64,000 nucleotides of DNA, from NCBI GenBank assembly GCA_951406725.2, contig OX597814.1, forward strand, positions 200,074,001-200,138,000, read 5' to 3'. Positions 63,421-64,000 of the stretch are shown here, one piece after another. Under the pieces are notes generated by a model. It was not told the origin of the DNA. It was given only the letters and a program-made list of their open reading frames with translations, and searched no databases. The first letter of the stretch is position 1, and every line of letters begins with the position of its first letter. This DNA is from Octopus vulgaris. Its lineage: Eukaryota. Position numbers and translations under genes: made by a program.

Positions 63421-63765
63421 TACATTTGACGGATATTTGTCCTCATCAACGTTTTGGCTGATATACCCTCCAGCCTTCTTCAGATGACTTGGGCATATGG
63501 CATAGTGGTTAAGAGCACAGGCTACTAACCCCAGGATTCCAAGTTTGATTCCAAGCAGTGACCTGAACAATAACAATAATAATAATAATAATATTGAAAA
63601 ATACCTTAGGAATGAGAACCCAGGTTCAAAATTTCTCCAAGATACCTGAAGAAGGCTAGAGGGTATATCAGCCGAAACGTTATGCTAACAACAAACAAGA
63701 GGAAGACAAATATCCATCGAATGTAAATAATGTACATAATTCCTCATCTCTTAAATATAGAACTG
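63421..63765 (+). mobile_element. tRNA-headed short element with hammerhead-like tail and inverted 5' duplication
   Basis: A box tggcatagtgg at 63498-63508 and B box agtttgattcc at 63542-63552, then (AAT)n. CTGAAGA...GAAA lies at 63646-63677, with an inverted copy of that tail at 63417-63493. TSD tatt(c/t)caactatt at 63408-63420 and 63766-63778. Confidence 0.8.
63638..63690 (+). ncRNA. Hammerhead-like motif (PLE type)
   Basis: CTGAAGA-a-ggct-agagggtatatc-agcc-GAAA-cgtt with the palindrome AACGTT. The inverted twin has the 5-bp stem ggctg/cagcc. Stem I is poorly paired in this copy. Confidence 0.6.
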
Positions 63766-64000
63766 TATTTCAACTATTGTCTGATGATTTTGAAATGTGA
63801 CAGAAACAAGACTAGTCTTGTCAGTGCAATCATCTAACTAAGCAAATATTTCAAGTGGCTGTGTGTTATTGAGTATTTCAACATAAACTGTGGTACCCCC
63901 TATTTCTTTCTCTGTAGCAAGGTACCTAACGATATGTAATAGCTGTTTCACACTGTTTCCATTTTGTAAACATTGGTTGTGCAGTCAACAAAGTCAACAG

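Overview
AT-rich, repeat-dense eukaryotic DNA, not a prokaryotic locus. The SINE, RTE and microsatellite families look like those of Octopus genomes; this is my recognition and has not been checked by a search. No intact protein-coding gene is visible. Almost all listed ORFs are artefacts of (TA)n/(CA)n tracts or SINEs, and the window is probably intronic, with a few candidate short + strand exons (28773-28838, 43991-44082). Recognisable mobile DNA includes two abundant tRNA-headed SINE families, many 5'-truncated RTE and CR1 LINE ends, an R4/Dong-like RLE fragment, an internally deleted mariner, mariner/piggyBac/hAT MITEs and three non-autonomous Helitrons. There are also decayed Penelope-like element (PLE) coding remnants and a 5.8-kb 66-bp satellite grown inside an RTE 3' UTR. 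The most interesting signal is a set of unrelated short non-coding insertions carrying minimal hammerhead or hammerhead-like ribozyme motifs, several with PLE-style inverted terminal duplications and TSDs. One of them (63421-63765) joins a tRNA-derived Pol III head to a hammerhead tail, making it a candidate Penelope-dependent SINE. All copies seen here carry core mutations, so catalytic activity is not claimed.
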